64,000 nucleotides of DNA from assembly GCF_009914755.1 (NCBI RefSeq), contig NC_060940.1; one strand, written 5' to 3'. The translations under genes were made by a program, and so were the position numbers. This stretch comes from the human T2T-CHM13v2.0 reference genome, Homo sapiens. Below the pieces are notes generated by a model. The model was given only the letters and a program-made list of their open reading frames with translations, did no database searches and was not told the origin of the DNA. Shown piece after piece: positions 58,156 to 64,000 of the stretch; positions within the stretch are counted from its first letter, which is position 1; each line of letters starts with the position of its first letter.

Positions 58156-58990
58156 TGTAAACTGAAGAAAATGACTGAGGCAAGTCTCAATCGATTTAGA
58201 GGTTTGTTTTGCCAAGGTTGAGGATGTGCCAAGGAAAAAGAGACAAAAGTTACAGTAGAATCTGTGGCTTATGCTTTTCCAGAAGAGGTTTTGAGGACTT
58301 CAGTGTATAAAGGGGAGAGAACAGCAGGAGGGGAAAGAGGAAAGAAAAAAAAAGGAGGGTAGGTAATGAGATAAGCGATCACATTTTTGTGAGGCTTTGA
58401 TTAGCACTCACTGAATCCACAAGTCGCATGAGAAAGGTGGGGGTAGAGGAACAGTCAGTTATGCATTCATCTCAAGCTCAATAAATCTGCATTTTACATA
58501 GGATAAAGTAAGCAGAGTAGAGGAAGAAGTCAAATACACATTTGTCTCCAAAGGGATGATTTCTAGTCATCTTTGGTCTTTGTCCGTATCTTGTCAGAGT
58601 GAAATTCAGCAGAACTCTGGGTTGGTGTAAAGATTTTGGGGCCTACGAGGAATTTCCTTGTGAGCAATTTGCAAGAGAGTCTACCTGGGTAGATAGGTGG
58701 CCTTCTATTTTGCAGCTATCTGTTTAGGAATAAAAGGAAGGCAGTTTTTGTGTGACTCAGTTCCTAAGCTTTACTTTTTCCTTTGACATGTGATTTTCCA
58801 TTTCAGTTACTCGAAATCCCTATGTAATGAGTCTTCAGAATCTGATGAAAAAGTCAAAGGAATATATAGAAAGAGAACAATCTAGACGCAGGCTGAGAGG
58901 TAGTATTAAGAGAATTGTTAATGAGAGTCATAGTGACTCTCATGTGACATAGTTGAGTTTGGGGTCCTGAGATATTATTTCCCTTTCACA
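58156..58990 (-). mobile_element. Solo ERV1-class LTR (MER4-group like), interrupted by a 161-nt templated insertion
   Basis: TG...CA ends with 4-bp TSD GTAG (58152-58155 / 58991-58994); minus strand begins TGTGAAAGGGAAATAATATCTCAGGACCCCAAACTC, like MER4-group LTRs. Confidence 0.8.
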
Positions 58991-59467
58991 GTAGTATATA
59001 GTGTGTGGGTAGTAGATTTCATTTTGCAGATTATAATTACTGTCCATATTAAGTTTAAAAAATGTATTGAGTAGCACTAATTTAACAATAAGAGGTAGGT
59101 TTTTTACTTACTACGTATTTCCTGTGATTGAAATGAAAATGGCATATCATTCTTGGTCCATTGAGGGAAGATAAAATATACTACTAATAAAATTGTTAAA
59201 AGAGCATGTATAATGTTGAACTGTAATGAATTAATTATTCAGATAGGAAAATTTTATATAATACAATTAGATTTCTGCTTCACCTGTAAAACCTAAGATT
59301 CTATGATAGATTTTTTTCTTGTTGTTATTTAACTTGTCTAACTAAAGGCTCATTTTAGTGACGTATAAACAACATAGCTTCCGAATATCACAAATGTGAA
59401 ATATTTTACGTAAGGAAATCATCTGTTTTACTTAAACCTGTGAACATGTTCATGGATTTCATAAATA

Positions 59468-59644
59468 TGCATCCTTTTTGTTTTATTTTGGTCCTGAGGC
59501 TGTGACTAAGTATGTCTTGTACTCTTGTACTGTTGATTGCATAGTACCTGGAAACCTTTTTGCATCTTTTTTGTTTTATTTTGGTTCTGAGGTTGTGACT
59601 AAGTATGTCTTATTGTACTGTGTATTGCATAGTACCTGGAAACC
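59468..59644. repeat. ~90-bp diverged tandem duplication
   Basis: TGCATC...TGTGACTAAGTATGTCTT...ATTGCATAGTACCTGGAAACC at 59468-59556 and 59561-59644. Confidence 0.9.
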
Positions 59645-59744
59645 ATTACCTGTCTTGGGATTTGTAACGTAAAATAGGAGAGCCATGTGGTCTAGAAAAA
59701 AACAAGCACATTCAAAACAACCAAAAAATATTGTAATATTCAGA

Positions 59745-60053
59745 CTTTTTTTTTTTTTTTTTTTTTTTTCTGAGATGGAGTCGCGCTCTGTCGCCCAGGC
59801 CGGAGTGCAGTGACGTGATCTTGGCTCACTGCAAGCTCCGCCTCCCAGATTCATGCCATTCTCTTGCTTCAGCCTCCTGAGTAGCTGGGACTACAGGTGC
59901 CCACCACCAAGCCCAGCTAATTTTTTGTATTTTTAGTAGAGATGGAGTTTCACTGTGTTAGCCAGGATGATCTTGATCTCCTGACCTCATGATCCGCCCG
60001 CCTCGGCCTCCCAAAGTGCTGGGATTACAGGCGTGAGCCACCATGCCCCGCCA
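59745..60053 (-). mobile_element. AluY-like element
   Basis: GCAAGCTCCGCCTCC, GCCATTCTC, GTGTTAGCCAGGATG; long poly-T. Confidence 0.92.
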
Positions 60054-60812
60054 GTAGTCAGGCTTTTGATGTCTGTATTCATATGATAATACAATGATTT
60101 TTGCCAGTTTAATATACGGATGTATAATTACCTTTAGAAACTATCCTAGTTCTCTTTTTATTCTTTTGCAAAGTTGGATTATTTAGATACAAAATATCTA
60201 TTTTTACATTCATTCATTCATTCATTCATTCATTTTTGAGACAAAGTTTAGTTAAACTTTGGAGTAAGCATGTAGGTGCAGGAGTCTTATTACTGAATCA
60301 TTTTTGCTTAATCAATGTCCTGGACAAGTTAGTCTTTGTTAGAGAGGGAATCGTTTACGTAAGACATTTCATTACTTGCTGTTTATTGTATATATTATTA
60401 TCCTTGGATGATAGCTATCCTAGGAGGAACAGTTGGTAATGTTAATAACATATGACTAGAAGAAATTTAAGTGCTTGTATTCTAAGATTAAATTGCACAT
60501 GGATATATGAATATATGTGTGTGTGTATACACATATATATGTTCATATTTGTATCAGATTAGATGTTTCTTTTTATAACTCTTTTATAACTCTTTTAATA
60601 ACTTAGGCAGGATGACCAGTAGGCATCTTTTCAATAATAATTTGAGCCCCCTGTGATACAGGATACCGTAGAAACCTGTCATCTTAGTTTTTCTTTATGT
60701 TTTGAAATGTCAGAATTCTGAATTTTCAATTTCAATTTTATTTTAGAAAACAGTGAAATCAGAGACTTTTTGTGCAATGAGGAAATATTAATTTTTAAAT
60801 TTCCTGTTTCAG

Positions 60813-62460
60813 GTTAGAAAAGCACCTAATGCCAGTGATTTTGATCAGTGGGAGATGGAAACAGTTTACTCTAATTCAGAAGTCAGAAACTTGAATGTTC
60901 CTGCTACATTTCCAAATAGCTTTCCAAGCCATACGGAACACTCTACTGCAGCAAAGCTTGATAAGATAGCTGGGATTTTGCCATTGGATAATGAGGACCA
61001 ATGTAAAACTGATGGAATAGACTTAGCTAGAGATTCAGAAGGATTTAATTCTCCGAAGCAATGTGATAGTTCCAATATTAGTCATGTAGAAAATGAAGCT
61101 TTTCCAAAGACCTCTTCAGCAACCCCACAAGAAACTCTTATTTCTGATGGTCCCTTCTCAGTAAATGAACAACAGGATCTACCACTTTTGGCAGAAGTCA
61201 TCCCAGATCCCTATGTAATGAGTCTTCAGAATCTGATGAAAAAGTCAAAGGAATATATAGAAAGAGAACAATCTAGACGCAGTCTGAGAGGTAGTATGAA
61301 CAGAATTGTTAATGAGAGTCATTTAGACAAAGAACATGATGCTGTTGAAGTGGCTGACTGTGTAAAAGAGAAAGGCCAGTTGACAGGCAAACACTGTGTC
61401 TCAGTTATTCCTGACAAACCAAGCCTTAATAAATCAAATGTTCTTCTCCAAGGTGCTTCCACTCAAGCAAGCAGCATGAGTATGCCAGTTTTAGCTAGCT
61501 TTTCGAAAGTGGACATACCTATACGAACTGGCCATCCCACTGTTCTAGAGTCTAATTCTGATTTTAAAGTTATTCCCACTTTTGTTACCGAAAATAATGT
61601 TATCAAAAGTCTTACAGGTTCATATGCCAAATTACCTAGTCCAGAGCCAAGTATGAGTCCTAAAATGCACCGAAGACGTTCCAGGACATCATCAGCGTGT
61701 CATATACTTATAAATAACCCAATAAATGCCTGTGAATTAAGCCCTAAAGGAAAAGAACAGGCAATGGACTTAATTATTCAAGATACTGATGAAAACACAA
61801 ATGTGCCCGAAATTATGCCAAAGTTACCAACTGATTTAGCGGGAGTTTGTTCAAGCAAGGTTTATGTGGGCAAAAATACATCTGAAGTCAAAGAAGATGT
61901 GGTTTTAGGTAAATCAAATCAGGTATGTCAATCTTCAGGAAATCATTTAGAAAATAAAGTTACTCATGGACTTGTTACTGTGGAAGGTCAGTTAACATCC
62001 GATGAGAGAGGTGCACACATAATGAACAGTACCTGTGCTGCGATGCCAAAGCTGCATGAACCATATGCCAGCAGTCAGTGTATAGCAAGTCCAAACTTTG
62101 GAACTGTGAGTGGACTCAAGCCAGCCAGTATGTTAGAGAAAAACTGCAGTTTGCAAACAGAACTGAATAAGTCTTATGATGTAAAAAACCCTTCTCCTTT
62201 ATTGATGCAAAACCAGAATACGAGACAGCAGATGGACACACCTATGGTGTCCTGTGGAAATGAACAATTTTTGGATAACAGTTTTGAGAAAGTTAAACGG
62301 AGACTTGATTTAGATATTGATGGTTTGCAAAAAGAAAACTGCCCTTATGTCATAACAAGTGGAATAACTGAACAAGAAAGGCAACATTTGCCAGAAAAAA
62401 GATACCCTAAGGGATCTGGCTTCGTTAACAAGAATAAAATGTTAGGAACTAGTTCCAAAG
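60813..62460 (+). CDS. CCP110: CCP110 large internal coding exon (residues 91-639), includes RRL cyclin-binding motif at 586-588
   Basis: ttcag|GTT...AAAG|gtaagg; 1648 nt open frame (ORF-track 552 aa); CGG AGA CTT at 62298-62306. Confidence 0.96.
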
Positions 62461-62627
62461 GTAAGGAATCTTTGAAGCGTTTGATACCTTCTATGCAGAT
62501 ACCTTTATTTTAATACTCTTAATTGACATTTTTGGGAAAAAAGTGGTCTTTATTCATATGGGCACTTAATTTTATTTATCTTATTAGAAAGCATATTAGT
62601 CAGCTACAGTTTATTGCCATTTGATAG

Positions 62628-63999
<1,372 letters not shown>

Positions 64000-64000
64000 T

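Noticed and set aside
58816-58931. Processed pseudogene or true extra coding exon of CCP110
   Set aside because: No exon-exon junction or poly(A), joined to intronic template and a fold-back, and the adjacent acceptor is out of frame with the copied codons.
62461-62513. C-terminal tail of the 552-aa ORF ([17 protein letters not shown])
   Set aside because: Read-through past a strong AAG|GTAAGG donor into intron; no sequence evidence for a terminal exon.

Overview
Alu-dense human/primate genomic DNA, recognisable from the encoded proteins as the TMC5-GDE1-CCP110 locus (human 16p, from memory). It holds the last 10 coding exons and 3' UTR of TMC5 (+, 2604-~24000) and the complete 6-exon GDE1 gene (-, CDS 46836->28343, 996 nt = 331 aa + stop), convergent with TMC5. 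The 5' part of CCP110 (+, non-coding exon 1 at ~48770, coding exons 52755-62460) lies head-to-head with GDE1 across a ~1.8-kb CpG-island promoter region. All exon calls have AG/GT boundaries and consistent phases. A near full-length U4 snRNA retrocopy sits in the TMC5 3' UTR. I found no convincing new gene system. The most unusual signals are two composite templated insertions. (1) A 161-nt patchwork inside a solo ERV1-type LTR in CCP110 intron 3, made of 24 nt copied from 1.2 kb upstream, 116 nt copied from CCP110 coding exon 4 and a 10-bp fold-back, bounded by a 6-bp direct repeat. (2) A ~195-nt inverted duplication in a TMC5 intron, bounded by a 10-bp direct repeat and followed by a fragment matching an LTR 2.8 kb away. 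Repeat family names and published-variant remarks come from memory and need database confirmation; repeat coordinates are approximate.
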